DNA of 64,000 nt from Candidatus Latescibacterota bacterium (GCA_965200315.1 OZ241362.1:2272001-2336000), one strand, 5' to 3'. Numbered from the stretch's first letter, positions 27,983 through 39,782 are shown. Numbers and translations: made by a program. Notes: generated from the sequence alone by a model not told the origin.

Positions 27983-29155
27983 TCAATGGGCCGAACGCTT
28001 TTTGCGGAAGGCCAGGGCCTTGCGAATCTCCCGCTGCTCCTGTAGCTGCTCACTAACCACCACGGCGGCCTCGCTGGTCAGGCTCTCGACCGAGGTCGTG
28101 GTAATCACCGGAATGCCGTGGACGGCACTCGCTTCGATGAGATAGTCCTGAATTTTGAGGATGTCCTCCAAGTGCTCCATATAGCGATGAGCCGAGCGCG
28201 ATGGCGCCTCGCTGGCGCGCTGGGCAAAGCGATCCTCAAAGGCATCGCGACCCGGCAGTTCCAAACAGATGGGCGTGATAAAGGCGTCGCCAGCGTACCG
28301 GTCTAAGTCCAACATGTCGCTGATCAGGTGTACGCCGTCGATGATGACGCTGGTGTTTTCCTCAATGCAGCGGCTGATAACGGCCTTGACCCCAACGCAG
28401 ACACTGCGCGCCTGCTCGCGAAAACCCGCGACGACCGCTTCGAGATGACCGACCGCAGGGACGACCTGCCAAGCGGAGTACGAGGAGGTGTGTAGGGCCG
28501 GCACCAGATCCTGTGCAAGCGTCAGACGCATAACTTGGCGCAAATCATCGGTAGCTACAACCCGAGGGATATCGAGCAAATTGGCCAGCGAAATCGCCAA
28601 GGTGGTCTTTCCAACCCCGCTGGCACCGCCAATGAGGATGATCAGGGGTTTATCTACATCGCCCCAAGCTCGCCACAGGTAGTAGCGCTCGGCAAAAGAC
28701 TTGTCAAAGGACTTTTCGATCAACTTGGCTGCCAGCTCTTCCAACTCCGAGTGCGAGATGCGCTGGTGGCGCTGGTCTATCAAGCGAGCTTCAATCGTCT
28801 GCGCAATCTCGTAGCTCTGGTCCGGGGGCAGCCCAGACGCCCGAATGGAATCCGCCAACAACTCCTTGGAGAAAGGACGCGACCCGCTTTTGCGCTCAAC
28901 GGTGATGGTGGTGGGCTGGCGCTCCCAGAAAATTAGGTCGCCGGCTTCGTATCGGCCGAATTTCTTGCGAATGGCTCTATGGACCAGCTGCACCATGTCC
29001 TTTTTGCGCACAAGCTCTACTTTCCCCAAAGACACGCGCACCGCATTGGCCACGGCGCGGGCGTCCTCGTAGCTGAAGCCGCGCTCAATTAGGTAATGCA
29101 CTAGCATCCCGCGCATGAAGGGGATGCGCTTTTTGCCATCGACTATGGTTGCCAC
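27983..29155 (-). CDS. 2-phosphoglycerate kinase-like P-loop protein with two ATP-cone domains
   Basis: PFMRGML and PFSKELL ATP-cone starts; PLIILIGGASGVGKT, TDDLRQVMR, LHTSSY, IIDGVH. Confidence 0.8.
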   Translation of the reverse strand: MATIVDGKKRIPFMRGMLVHYLIERGFSYEDARAVANAVRVSLGKVELVRKKDMVQLVHRAIRKKFGRYEAGDLIFWERQPTTITVERKSGSRPFSKELLADSIRASGLPPDQSYEIAQTIEARLIDQRHQRISHSELEELAAKLIEKSFDKSFAERYYLWRAWGDVDKPLIILIGGASGVGKTTLAISLANLLDIPRVVATDDLRQVMRLTLAQDLVPALHTSSYSAWQVVPAVGHLEAVVAGFREQARSVCVGVKAVISRCIEENTSVIIDGVHLISDMLDLDRYAGDAFITPICLELPGRDAFEDRFAQRASEAPSRSAHRYMEHLEDILKIQDYLIEASAVHGIPVITTTSVESLTSEAAVVVSEQLQEQREIRKALAFRKKRSAH

Positions 29156-29170
29156 GATGCGTGGTCCCTT

Positions 29171-30118
29171 TTATGGCCTCGCGGCGCTGGAGTCTTCACA
29201 CGCCGCAATCGTCCGTTCCAATCCCTCGGCGAACCCAACCCTTGGCTCGTAACCCAACTCGGTCCGAGCGCGCGATATATCGGCTGACGAAAAGCGGACA
29301 TCACCCGCCCGAGGCGGGGCGAACATCGGCACCAACTCGGTCCCCAAAATCTGGTTGAGCGCGGCGATCAATTCCAGCAGCGACGCACTGCGACCACAGC
29401 CGATATTGTAGCGACGCCCGGCGACTCCCTGAGTAGTACTAGCCCTCATATTGGCCTCTACCACATCGCCGACATAGACAAAATCGCGCGACTGGTGGCC
29501 GTCGCCGAAAATGGTTGGCGACTCGCCGGCCCGCAGCCGCGCGACAAAAATCGAGATGACGCCCGAGTACGGAGACGACGGCACCTGCCGAGGGCCAAAG
29601 ACATTGAAGTAGCGCAAGCCAACCACCTCCAAGCCGTAGACCTGGCTATACACTCGGGCGTAGTACTCGCCCACGGCTTTGGAAACCGCGTAGGGCGACT
29701 CGGGTTCGGGCGTCATGTCCTCGCGCTTGGGCATTTGCGGGTTGTTGCCATACACCGAGGCCGAACTGGCAAAAACCACGCGACGGACCCCGGCTTGCCG
29801 CGCTGCTTCCAACAGCCGCAGCGTTCCCACGGCGTTGACTTCCTGCTCGACGAGGGGCTGCTCAACCGAAGCAGGCACCGACACGATGGCTGCGTGGTGC
29901 AGGACGCAATCGACCTGCTGCACCACCTCGGCGAGCAAGGCCGTGTCGCGGATATCGCCTTCGACGAACTCTATTTCGCTTAGGATGTCGGCCAAGTTTT
30001 CGCGCCGCCCCGTGCTCAAATCGTCTAGCACCCGCACTGCGTGCCCCTCTGCACACAAGCGCTGACAAAGGTGAGAACCAATAAATCCTGCTCCGCCCGT
30101 GACCAAATACCGACTCAT
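29171..30118 (-). CDS. NAD-dependent nucleotide-sugar epimerase (extended SDR)
   Basis: VTGGAGFIGSH, ASSASVYG, YAVSK, LRYFNVFGPRQ, QSRDFVYV; start ATG 30118. Confidence 0.93.
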   Translation of the reverse strand: MSRYLVTGGAGFIGSHLCQRLCAEGHAVRVLDDLSTGRRENLADILSEIEFVEGDIRDTALLAEVVQQVDCVLHHAAIVSVPASVEQPLVEQEVNAVGTLRLLEAARQAGVRRVVFASSASVYGNNPQMPKREDMTPEPESPYAVSKAVGEYYARVYSQVYGLEVVGLRYFNVFGPRQVPSSPYSGVISIFVARLRAGESPTIFGDGHQSRDFVYVGDVVEANMRASTTQGVAGRRYNIGCGRSASLLELIAALNQILGTELVPMFAPPRAGDVRFSSADISRARTELGYEPRVGFAEGLERTIAACEDSSAARP

Positions 30119-30305
30119 ATTTCCTCGCATCAAAGTTGGCCGCGCTAATATAGCAACGCCAAAGCGACCGCGCACAACGCCTTTAACAGCGCAATCGACT
30201 TGTTGATTTTCGCCTGTGCTTGTATATTTGCAAAGCTCACACGAGGCGGTGTGGGAGGCCATGGCGAATGCTGTGGCCTTTTTTGTTTATTAGCTCTATC
30301 ACCCT

Positions 30306-31786
<1,481 letters not shown>

Positions 31787-31790
<4 letters not shown>

Positions 31791-32761
31791 TCATCGCCGG
31801 TGATGTCGGCGGCACCAAAACGTACCTCGCCGCTTTCGACTCAGCCGCTCAAGGCTTTGCCCCCCTCGTCGAGCGGCGTTACCAAACTGCGTCCTACCCC
31901 ACTGCCGGTACGCTACTCAGGGCCTTTGCCGACGAAACGCAGATCAACCCCAGTCGCACGGTCTTAGGCGTCCCCGGCCCTGTCCACCAGCTTCCCGTCC
32001 GCGCCGTCAATCTGCCTTGGCTCATCGACCCCAGCGAAATTTCATCAGTACTCAACAACACCGACGTTCACCTGCTCAACGACCTGCAAGCGACTTCCTA
32101 CGGCACCTTGGTGTTGGAACCGGACGATCTGTGTCCGCTCAACGAAGGGCAACGCGCCCCAAAGGGCAACATCGCCGTCATCGCCGCTGGCACCGGGCTG
32201 GGCGAGGGGGGCTTGTGCTGGGCCGAGGGTCGCTACGCAGCAATCGCCTCGGAAGGCGGCCACGCGACCTTTGGGCCAAATTCCGCGCTCGAAGTCGAGC
32301 TTTGGCGTTTCCTCAGCGGGCACTACGGCCACGTTAGCTGGGAACGAGTGGTCTCGGGCCAAGGCTTGGCCGCAATTTACGACTTTCTGTGCGCACGGCA
32401 GCCCGACCACGCCGACGCCTCTCTGGCCCCCGCGGCAGAACAGCCTGACCGCGCCGACGCCATCGCTCGCGCCGGACTCGAAAGCCACTCGGCGCTGGCC
32501 GTAACGGCCCTCGATCTCTTCGCGCTCCTCTATGGCCGCGAAGCCGGGAACTTGGCACTGAAGTTAATGTCTTCGGGTGGGGTTTTCGTCGGTGGCGGCA
32601 TTGCGCCTAAAATTCTCACCAAGCTGCGCGACGGTCGCTTTATGGAGGGCTTTGTTGACAAAGGCCGCCTGGGCGAGCCCCTCGCGGCCATTCCCGTCCA
32701 CGTCGTGCTCAACGACAAGACTGCACTGCTCGGTGCGGCCTATTGGGGGGCGCAGCTTTAG
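31787..32761 (+). CDS. glk: Glucokinase
   Basis: GDVGGTKT, LLND, GTGLGE, SEGGH, ERVVSG, GGGIAPK; GTGA overlap with zwf. Confidence 0.95.
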
Positions 32762-32774
32762 AATCATCCAAAGG

Positions 32775-32896
32775 CACTATAGCAATTTAGAATGATTTGA
32801 ACGATTCGAGCGGTGGATCGTCTTAGGCATCCTATTCTGAGTCTGTCTGCGTCCACCTGCGGATCATCTTGTGAATGAGGTAGGATTGCTATAGTG
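32775..32896. mobile_element. Putative MITE (122 bp) with 12-bp terminal inverted repeats
   Basis: CACTATAGCAAT (32775-32786) and ATTGCTATAGTG (32885-32896); non-coding, intergenic. Confidence 0.5.
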
Positions 32897-33020
32897 AGAT
32901 TTACGTGTTGGAGCGAGTTTTATGAATGAGGAGTCAGTGCGGATTTAGCTGTAGTCGGTGGAGGGTCTTGTTGAGGAGACCGCCGCGTAGTGGAGTTACC
33001 CTTTCAGCTTAGGCATGGGC

Positions 33021-33317
33021 TTACGAAGGCCAGAATCGCAAAACGATATTGAGCAGAGCTAGACCGGAAGTCATCGCTACAAGCAGAATTTTGACGCTAC
33101 CCTTGAGTTCGGCAATATCGGCCTGTACGTGTGCAATATCGGCCTTAAGATCGCTCTCAACGCGTGCAATATCGGCCTTAAGATCGCTCTCAACGCGTGC
33201 AATATCGGCCTTTAAGACCACTCTCAACTCAGCCAAATCGGCTTTGGAAGCAAGATGATCGTACACGCCTTCAAGCCTCGCTAGACGCTCTTCAATAGTT
33301 GGGGGTACAGCAGTCAT
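33021..33317 (-). CDS. Small coiled-coil protein with C-terminal TM anchor (DUF1640/CCDC90-like)
   Basis: LASKADL neck, LKADIARVESD repeats, hydrophobic C-terminus; AAAGGAG RBS. Confidence 0.75.
   Translation of the reverse strand: MTAVPPTIEERLARLEGVYDHLASKADLAELRVVLKADIARVESDLKADIARVESDLKADIAHVQADIAELKGSVKILLVAMTSGLALLNIVLRFWPS
33131..33212. repeat. Exact 33-bp tandem repeat (2.5 copies)
   Basis: GTGCAATATCGGCCTTAAGATCGCTCTCAACGC at 33131 and 33164, partial copy at 33197. Confidence 0.92.
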
Positions 33318-33419
33318 AGTCGTCGTTGCTCTCCTTTCGTTTGGGTTTGGGGTGTACTGTGAACATATAGGACGAGATAAAGCAGCGTAGCGTCAATGAA
33401 AAATCCACTTTTTTATTCG

Positions 33420-33555
33420 CTGTCTAGAATCTCCCTAACGCAAGGGGGGCAACGATTCAACTCTTCTCCCGCTTGGTCGCCCGACGGACAGAAAATAGTC
33501 TTTGTGCTCAGCGCACCGGCAATGACGGCAATTTTGACATTTACGTGATGGAACT
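33420..33555 (+). pseudogene. Isolated PD40/TolB-repeat fragment
   Basis: Translates NSSPAWSPDGQKIVF then, after a frameshift, RTGNDGNFDIYVME; no start codon or context. Confidence 0.65.
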
Positions 33556-33673
33556 CCTCGGAAGCTGTACGTAAGGCGACAGCTCCGATTGGATGGTTGA
33601 AGCACCCAAAAGCCCCATCGAGCAATGATCTCGGCGGGGCTTGTTGCCTTTTAGCTCGTCCGTGGAGCACAGT

Positions 33674-34873
33674 TCAGCCAAGCAATTCCCTGAGCCGTTG
33701 GCCAATCTGCTCCGGCTCGCCCTCCTTGAGGCACATCGGCCCAAAAATCACCGCACCCTCGTAAACATCGGTCGGGTTGGCGGCTATTGGTGGCCGGCCT
33801 TCCTGTAGCGCCTTGACCAGTTCCAGCGCCGTCATGCCCGCGGTTTCCTCGTCGAGCACCAGCCGTGCGGTCGGAATCTCGGTGCGCTTGCGGTCAGCTA
33901 CCACCGCGATCTCGGCGTTTCTCAGTGCTCCACACGCGGCCACTAGCTCCTCCATCAGCGCAGACCAGCGCTGCCGCCGCGCCTCCGGGGCTTCGGCGAC
34001 AAAAAGGCGCAGCGCTTTCACCAACCCCGCGATCTCTTCCTTGCCGACCTTGCAGGGACGCCCAATGCCGTGCTGAGGGGCACCGGGTAGTTGCGACTTG
34101 TCGATCAAACTCGCGGGCGGCTCCCACAGTTCGGGCATCACGTCGAGGTCTTGGTGTTGCAACGCGGCCGCGGCGATCAAATCCCGCCGCCCGCACAAAA
34201 TCCCCGAAGCCTGCGGCCCGCCTATGGCCTTGCCACCGCTAAAGGCGACCAAATCGGCTCCGGCGGCAATGAAACGCTGCAAGTTGCTCGCCGGCGGGAG
34301 CTGACCGGCCGCATCCACGATCACCGGCACGCCGCTCTTGCGCGCTGCGGCTACCACCTCTTCCAGCGACGGCTGCGTGTGCGCGTATGCCACGTACACA
34401 ATCGCGGCCGTCCGCGCGGTAATCGCCGCTTCGATCTCCCACCCTTCCGCATCGCGCACGCCCGCCCCGGAAAAGCGGTCGGCGATCCCCACTTCTACCA
34501 ATTCGATTCCCACCGAGCGCACCGCGTGGTCGTAGAAGTTCCGGTGGCTGCGCGCCATGATCACTTCGTTTTTCATCCCGGACGTATCCGGCAAGCGGTT
34601 CATCTTGCCCGGATCCAATCCGGTCACACAAGCGGCCGTCCCCAGTAACAAGCCCGCCGCCGCCCCACTCGTCACGTACCCAGCCTCCGCGCCAGTAATC
34701 TCGGCGATAATCTCCCCGGACCGCGCCTGCATCTGCGCTATATCCACGCAACGCTCCGAAGCCTGCCGCATAGCCTCGGCCACCTCTCGATGCATAATCG
34801 ACCCGCTCAATCGCGTCGCCGGTCCTACGGCGTTGATGATGGGATCGATGCCCAATTCTCGATATATGTCCAT
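33674..34873 (-). CDS. SelA-like PLP-dependent enzyme (DgaE/SelA family)
   Basis: IINAVGPATRLSGS, VTSGAAAGL, VDAAG, FSGGKAIGGPQASG. Confidence 0.85.
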   Translation of the reverse strand: MDIYRELGIDPIINAVGPATRLSGSIMHREVAEAMRQASERCVDIAQMQARSGEIIAEITGAEAGYVTSGAAAGLLLGTAACVTGLDPGKMNRLPDTSGMKNEVIMARSHRNFYDHAVRSVGIELVEVGIADRFSGAGVRDAEGWEIEAAITARTAAIVYVAYAHTQPSLEEVVAAARKSGVPVIVDAAGQLPPASNLQRFIAAGADLVAFSGGKAIGGPQASGILCGRRDLIAAAALQHQDLDVMPELWEPPASLIDKSQLPGAPQHGIGRPCKVGKEEIAGLVKALRLFVAEAPEARRQRWSALMEELVAACGALRNAEIAVVADRKRTEIPTARLVLDEETAGMTALELVKALQEGRPPIAANPTDVYEGAVIFGPMCLKEGEPEQIGQRLRELLG

Positions 34874-34875
34874 TT

Positions 34876-36195
34876 TTAGAGCGGCTTTCCCTCGCTGTCG
34901 TAGAGTAAACCGGGGGCTGGGAAGCGGGCGCAGAGTGCCCGCACTTCAGCCGCGATTTCCGCGTATTCCGCTTTTCGGTCGTCGAGTTCTAACGCTTTAT
35001 TGGCCCGCACGTGGGCGACCCGATCCATCCATTCGGCCAACTGCCGCATCTCCTCGGCACCAAAGCCCCGGCTAGTAATCGCCGGCGTGCCGATGCGGAT
35101 GCCGCTGGGCTTGCGTGCCGGCCGCGGATCAAAGGGCACGCGATTGAAATTGCAGACAATGCCCGCGGCGTCCAGCGCCTTGGCCATCGCATAACCAGTA
35201 ACGCCCCTATGGGTCATGTCCATGAGGATCAGGTGGTTGTCGGTGCCATCCGAACTGAGGGCAAAACCCCGCATCGTCAGGGCGGCGGCCAAGGTCTGAG
35301 CGTTGGCGACGATTTGCTGGGCGTACCGCTTAAACTCCGCGCTCGTCGCCTCCTTGAGCGCCACGGCAATCGCCGCTGTGGTGCTGTTGTGCGGCCCGCC
35401 CTGCAAGCCAGGAAACACCGCCCTATCGAGAGCCTCAGCGTACTGCGCTCGACACAAGATCATCCCGCCGCGCGGCCCCCGCAGCGACTTGTGAGTAGTC
35501 GTAGTTACCACATCCACGTGCGGCACGGGGCTAGGATGCACCCCGGCGGCCACCAACCCGGCAATATGCGCGATGTCGGCGACCACGATGGCCCCCACCG
35601 AATGCCCGATCTCGGCAAAGCGCGCAAAGTCGACGATGCGCGGATAGGCCGTGCCCCCGCAGAAGAGCAGCTTGGGCCGATGCTCTTTGGCTAGCGCTTC
35701 GACCTGATCGAAGTCGATTTTGCCCGAGTCCCGACACACTCCGTATTGCACAGACTGGTAGTGCATCCCCGAGATACTAACGCGGTCGCCGTGCGTCAGA
35801 TGGCCTCCGTGCGCCAGCGCCAAGCCCATGACCGCATCGCCCGGCTCGCAGAGGCCGACGTACACGGCCTGATTGGCCGGTGAGCCTGAATAGGGCTGCA
35901 CATTGACGTGCTCAGCACCAAAAACCTCCTTGGCGCGCTCGACGCAAAGCCGCTCGAGCTTGTCGATTTCTCGCTGGCCTTCGTAGTAGCGAGCACCTAC
36001 ATACCCTTCGGAATACTTATTCGTAAGGATCGAACCGCTGGCTTCGAGTACGGCTTGACTGGCGTAATTTTCAGATGGGATCAGGCGAATTTTGTTGTGC
36101 TGACGCCTGTTTTCAGCGCGAATGATGGCCTCAACCTCCGGGTCCACTGCCGCCAGCATCCCCGCGATTTCGGGCTGTGCCGCCAATACTTCCAC
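34876..36195 (-). CDS. glyA: Serine hydroxymethyltransferase
   Basis: LIPSENY, NKYSEGY, NVQPYSGS, HGGHLTHG, TTTTHKSLRGPRGG, PSGIRIGT. Confidence 0.97.
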   Translation of the reverse strand: MEVLAAQPEIAGMLAAVDPEVEAIIRAENRRQHNKIRLIPSENYASQAVLEASGSILTNKYSEGYVGARYYEGQREIDKLERLCVERAKEVFGAEHVNVQPYSGSPANQAVYVGLCEPGDAVMGLALAHGGHLTHGDRVSISGMHYQSVQYGVCRDSGKIDFDQVEALAKEHRPKLLFCGGTAYPRIVDFARFAEIGHSVGAIVVADIAHIAGLVAAGVHPSPVPHVDVVTTTTHKSLRGPRGGMILCRAQYAEALDRAVFPGLQGGPHNSTTAAIAVALKEATSAEFKRYAQQIVANAQTLAAALTMRGFALSSDGTDNHLILMDMTHRGVTGYAMAKALDAAGIVCNFNRVPFDPRPARKPSGIRIGTPAITSRGFGAEEMRQLAEWMDRVAHVRANKALELDDRKAEYAEIAAEVRALCARFPAPGLLYDSEGKPL

Positions 36196-36269
36196 TGGTT
36201 TTGTTCTCCTCAGCGCGTTTGTTAATTTTGCTGTAAATAAACCATAAAAATCTATGTTAGGATATTTCC

Positions 36270-37838
36270 ATGAGCAAGTATTTGGGCATCGACGCTAGTA
36301 CCCAATCCATCACCGGCCTACTCATCAACGCGGAGCAGCGCACCATCGTCGCCGAAGCGTCCATCAGCTTCGACGAGCACTTCAAAACGACGTATGGAGT
36401 CGCCAACGGTGTCCTCGACCTCGGCGCAGGCGTGATCCACAGCGCACCCCTGATGTGGGCTGAAGCGCTGGACCTGCTCCTGCAAACGCTCGCCGACCAA
36501 GGCCACGACCTCAACGCCGTGCAAGCCATCGCCGGCAGCGGCCAGCAGCACGGCACCGTTTATCTCAACGCCAGTGCTGCTAGCTCCTTGGCAAACCTTT
36601 CATCGACACAGCCGCTCAAAGACCAACTCACCGCCATCTTCTCCCGCGCCACCGCGCCCATCTGGATGGACACCTCCACTACCGTTCAGTGCTCCGAGCT
36701 CGAAGCGGCTGTCGGCGGGCGCGATGCACTCCTCGCGCTCACCGGCAACGCGGCCTTTGAGCGCTTCAGCGGCCCGCAGATCCGCAAGTTTTACCAGACC
36801 GAACCTGCTGCTTACGCAGACACGGCATATATCGGCTTGGTCAGCTCTTACGTCGCCAGCCTGCTCGCTGGACAGCTCGTCGGCGTTGACCCTGGCGACG
36901 GCAGCGGCACCAACATGATGGACCTTGCCGCACGCCAGTGGAGCGCACGTGCGCTCGACGCAACCGCCCCCGGCCTAGCCACCAAACTCCTGCCCATCGT
37001 CCCCTCCGGCCAGCCCGTCGGCCCCATCAGCCCTTATTACGTGGGTCGCTACGGCTTTGCGGACGACTGTCTCGTGCTGCCCTTTTCGGGCGACAATCCG
37101 TGCAGCCTCATTGGCCTCGGCCTCGTCGCCCCCGGGCAAGTCGCCCTGAGCTTGGGCACTTCGGATACCCTGTTCGCCTGCATGGACCAACCGCGCACTG
37201 CCACCGCCGGCGAAGGCGCAGTCTTTGCCTCGCCCGACGGCACTCACTACATGGCCCTGACTTGCTACCTCAACGGTAGCTTGGCTCGCGAAGCCGTGCG
37301 CGATCAATACGGCATGAATTGGGAGCAGTTCACCAGCGCCCTACGCGCCACGCCGCCGGGCAACAACGGCGCACTCATGCTCCCTTACTTCGCGCCAGAA
37401 ATCGTCCCCAAAGTCCCCGTGGCCAACGTCGTCCGTCAAAACCTCGACCCTATAAACGCGCCGGCCAACGTCCGCGCCGTCATCGAGGCCCAAGCCCTTT
37501 CCTCGCGCATCCACGCACGTTGGATGGGAGTAGAAATTTCCTCGCTCTACGTTACCGGCGGCGCTTCGGCTAACGCCGAAATCCTGCGCATCTTCGCCAA
37601 CGTCCACAACTGTCCGGTCCACCGCTTCAAAACCGCAAATTCGGCGGCCCTCGGCGCGGCTTTGCGCGCAGCTCACGGCCACCAATCGGCGGCCGGGTAC
37701 GCGCCTTCGTGGGCGCAAGTGGTCGCGCCATTCGCGCAGCCAGTCGCCGGATCAACCATTGAGCCGGAGCCAAGGGCCAGAGCCATGTACGACGGAATCG
37801 TCAGCCAGTACGCCACCTTAGAGCAAGCTCACACTTGA
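36270..37838 (+). CDS. Xylulokinase (FGGY family, XYLB-like)
   Basis: LGIDASTQS, GSGQQHGTVY, PIWMDTST, ERFSGPQIRK, GDNPCS, SLGTSDT, TGGASAN. Confidence 0.88.
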   Translation: MSKYLGIDASTQSITGLLINAEQRTIVAEASISFDEHFKTTYGVANGVLDLGAGVIHSAPLMWAEALDLLLQTLADQGHDLNAVQAIAGSGQQHGTVYLNASAASSLANLSSTQPLKDQLTAIFSRATAPIWMDTSTTVQCSELEAAVGGRDALLALTGNAAFERFSGPQIRKFYQTEPAAYADTAYIGLVSSYVASLLAGQLVGVDPGDGSGTNMMDLAARQWSARALDATAPGLATKLLPIVPSGQPVGPISPYYVGRYGFADDCLVLPFSGDNPCSLIGLGLVAPGQVALSLGTSDTLFACMDQPRTATAGEGAVFASPDGTHYMALTCYLNGSLAREAVRDQYGMNWEQFTSALRATPPGNNGALMLPYFAPEIVPKVPVANVVRQNLDPINAPANVRAVIEAQALSSRIHARWMGVEISSLYVTGGASANAEILRIFANVHNCPVHRFKTANSAALGAALRAAHGHQSAAGYAPSWAQVVAPFAQPVAGSTIEPEPRARAMYDGIVSQYATLEQAHT

Positions 37839-37960
37839 GTTACGCTAAAAAACCCTTTGGCATCTAAAATAGGTGCTGGAGACGCACTGTTGACCGCACG
37901 GGTTTGCATTAGCTAGAAAGCAAACAACTCGGCTTGGTAGCTTCACCTAAAAGAGGCTAT

Positions 37961-37990
37961 TTGACACAGAATCTTTTTTAGATGTATAGT
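37961..37990 (+). promoter_or_regulatory. Near-consensus sigma70 promoter heading the 38-54 kb cluster
   Basis: TTGACA (37961-37966)-18 bp-TATAGT (37985-37990). Confidence 0.7.
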
Positions 37991-38051
37991 TCAAGGTCAA
38001 AACCCTGTATAAAACGGGCATTCACAGATTGTAACAGAACACAACTGCTTT

Positions 38052-39782
38052 ATGAACATTGAGTTGACTGCTGCAAAGGGAACACCGGTTTGCACTGGAC
38101 AGATGGCTACTTGCTGGGCCGCGATGGCGATCGTCGGGCTGATGGCCGTCAATGTTTGGGCTGTGAATTCAGCCGTACTGGCCAGAGTCGGGAGCGAGGT
38201 CATTATGGTAGATGACTTGCTCCGCGCCGAGCGCAATATGCGTCGTTTTGCAGCGGGCAATGCGCGGGAAATGCTACAGCCTTTTATCGATCGCAAGCTG
38301 CTGGTCTTAGAGGCTAGGGAGAAGGGTTTGGATCAGCATCCCGAGGTGGTCGCAAGCGTGCAACAGGTGCGTGACCGGAGACTAGTGGAGCGTCTGTACG
38401 CGGAAGTCACAGGAGACGTCTCCATATCAGAAGAGGAACTCCGGTCGCATTTCCACCATAGCGGATTGCACAAAAAGCGGGAAGTCCGAGCGAGTCATAT
38501 TCAGGTAGACAACCTCGAAGAAGCCCGGGCCGTGCAAGAGCAATTGCGGCAAGGTGCCGATTTTGCAGAGTTGGCGCACGAACATTCTCTCGATCGCACA
38601 TCGGCGGCCAAAGGTGGAGACATGGGTTTCTGGCAGGAGGAAGAAGCACAGCACAGCGGGTTTGTCGCCGAGCTTTTTCGCCTACAGGTCGGCCAAGTGT
38701 CCGAGCCGTACCGCAACTCGCAGGGAACTTACCACCTGATCAGAGCCGATGAAGAGCACTACGTCAGTTTTGATCGTCAAAAGAAGATGTTGCGCCAAGC
38801 GCTGGAAAAGCAGCAAAAAAAAGATCGCTGGACCGCATATTTAGCCGACCAGAAAACGCACTTTGGTTTTTTAGTAGATGCACAGGTCTTGGGCGTATTG
38901 CTGCAGCGGGGACGATTGGCCGAAGGCGGTGTGCCTGTCCTAGAATCAGGAGACCACGCACGCATCCTGCTGAGTTATAGTGGAGGAAGCATCGACCTGA
39001 ACGCGTATATGGCTTTGGTAGAGGAGGCCGAACCCAAACGTCGTCCTCACGCCATAGATAGCACCACCGTGGTCGAATTTGCCCAAGACGAAGCACTGCG
39101 CAAAATCCTGCTGCCTCTACTGGCGGCCCAGCAACGGGGGTTGGATCGCGAACAGGCTATGGTTCAGTACGTGCGGGATAAACGCGAAGAAGCCATGGTC
39201 GAGATGTTGCGGCGAACAGAAGTAGAATCGCGCTTCGTCACAGAGGAACAGCGGCTCATTCTATATCGGGATCTAGCAGGGGAATTCACTCTGCCAGTGC
39301 GCACTTTTTTTGCCGGTGCATTAGTCGATTCAAAACCGGCTTCGTACGCCATCGCCCAGCGCGTGCGCACCGGTGAGGATATGGCCGAGATCATGGGCGA
39401 GTATCCGGCATTTAAAGGGCGCGTACGTCAGTTTGACATATTTAACTTCACGCTGGCTGATACGGCAACGGCCCAAGGTGCTATGGCCACCATGATCCAA
39501 GCCGTGCGGGACGTGCCGGTTGGCGGCATCAAGGGACCGATCCCTATCCAGTTGAGCGGCGATATGACGGGCTATCTCGTGCTCAAAGTGTTGGCGATGC
39601 GCCCGGAGAAGACCCTCTCTTTTTCTGCACCTAAGGTGCAGTCCAGAATATGGCGTCAATTGCGCTACGCCCATCGGCACGCGATTGAAGAAGACTTTGA
39701 TAGCTACCTAGAGGAGTTGAGGCATAAGTACAGGGCTGAGATAGTTGTCGACGAACAGGCCCTGTCTAACTTGGAGAAGTAG
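38052..39782 (+). CDS. Periplasmic parvulin-type peptidyl-prolyl isomerase/chaperone (PrsA/SurA-like)
   Basis: VRASHI, GADFAELAHEHSLD...KGGDMG, GQVSEP, YHLI; degenerate second parvulin domain; true start may be 38103 or later. Confidence 0.87.
   Translation: MNIELTAAKGTPVCTGQMATCWAAMAIVGLMAVNVWAVNSAVLARVGSEVIMVDDLLRAERNMRRFAAGNAREMLQPFIDRKLLVLEAREKGLDQHPEVVASVQQVRDRRLVERLYAEVTGDVSISEEELRSHFHHSGLHKKREVRASHIQVDNLEEARAVQEQLRQGADFAELAHEHSLDRTSAAKGGDMGFWQEEEAQHSGFVAELFRLQVGQVSEPYRNSQGTYHLIRADEEHYVSFDRQKKMLRQALEKQQKKDRWTAYLADQKTHFGFLVDAQVLGVLLQRGRLAEGGVPVLESGDHARILLSYSGGSIDLNAYMALVEEAEPKRRPHAIDSTTVVEFAQDEALRKILLPLLAAQQRGLDREQAMVQYVRDKREEAMVEMLRRTEVESRFVTEEQRLILYRDLAGEFTLPVRTFFAGALVDSKPASYAIAQRVRTGEDMAEIMGEYPAFKGRVRQFDIFNFTLADTATAQGAMATMIQAVRDVPVGGIKGPIPIQLSGDMTGYLVLKVLAMRPEKTLSFSAPKVQSRIWRQLRYAHRHAIEEDFDSYLEELRHKYRAEIVVDEQALSNLEK

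Noticed and set aside
33674-34873. True selenocysteine synthase selA
   Set aside because: Shorter than canonical SelA, lacks its N-terminal region, and no selB/selC/selD nearby; called SelA-like only.
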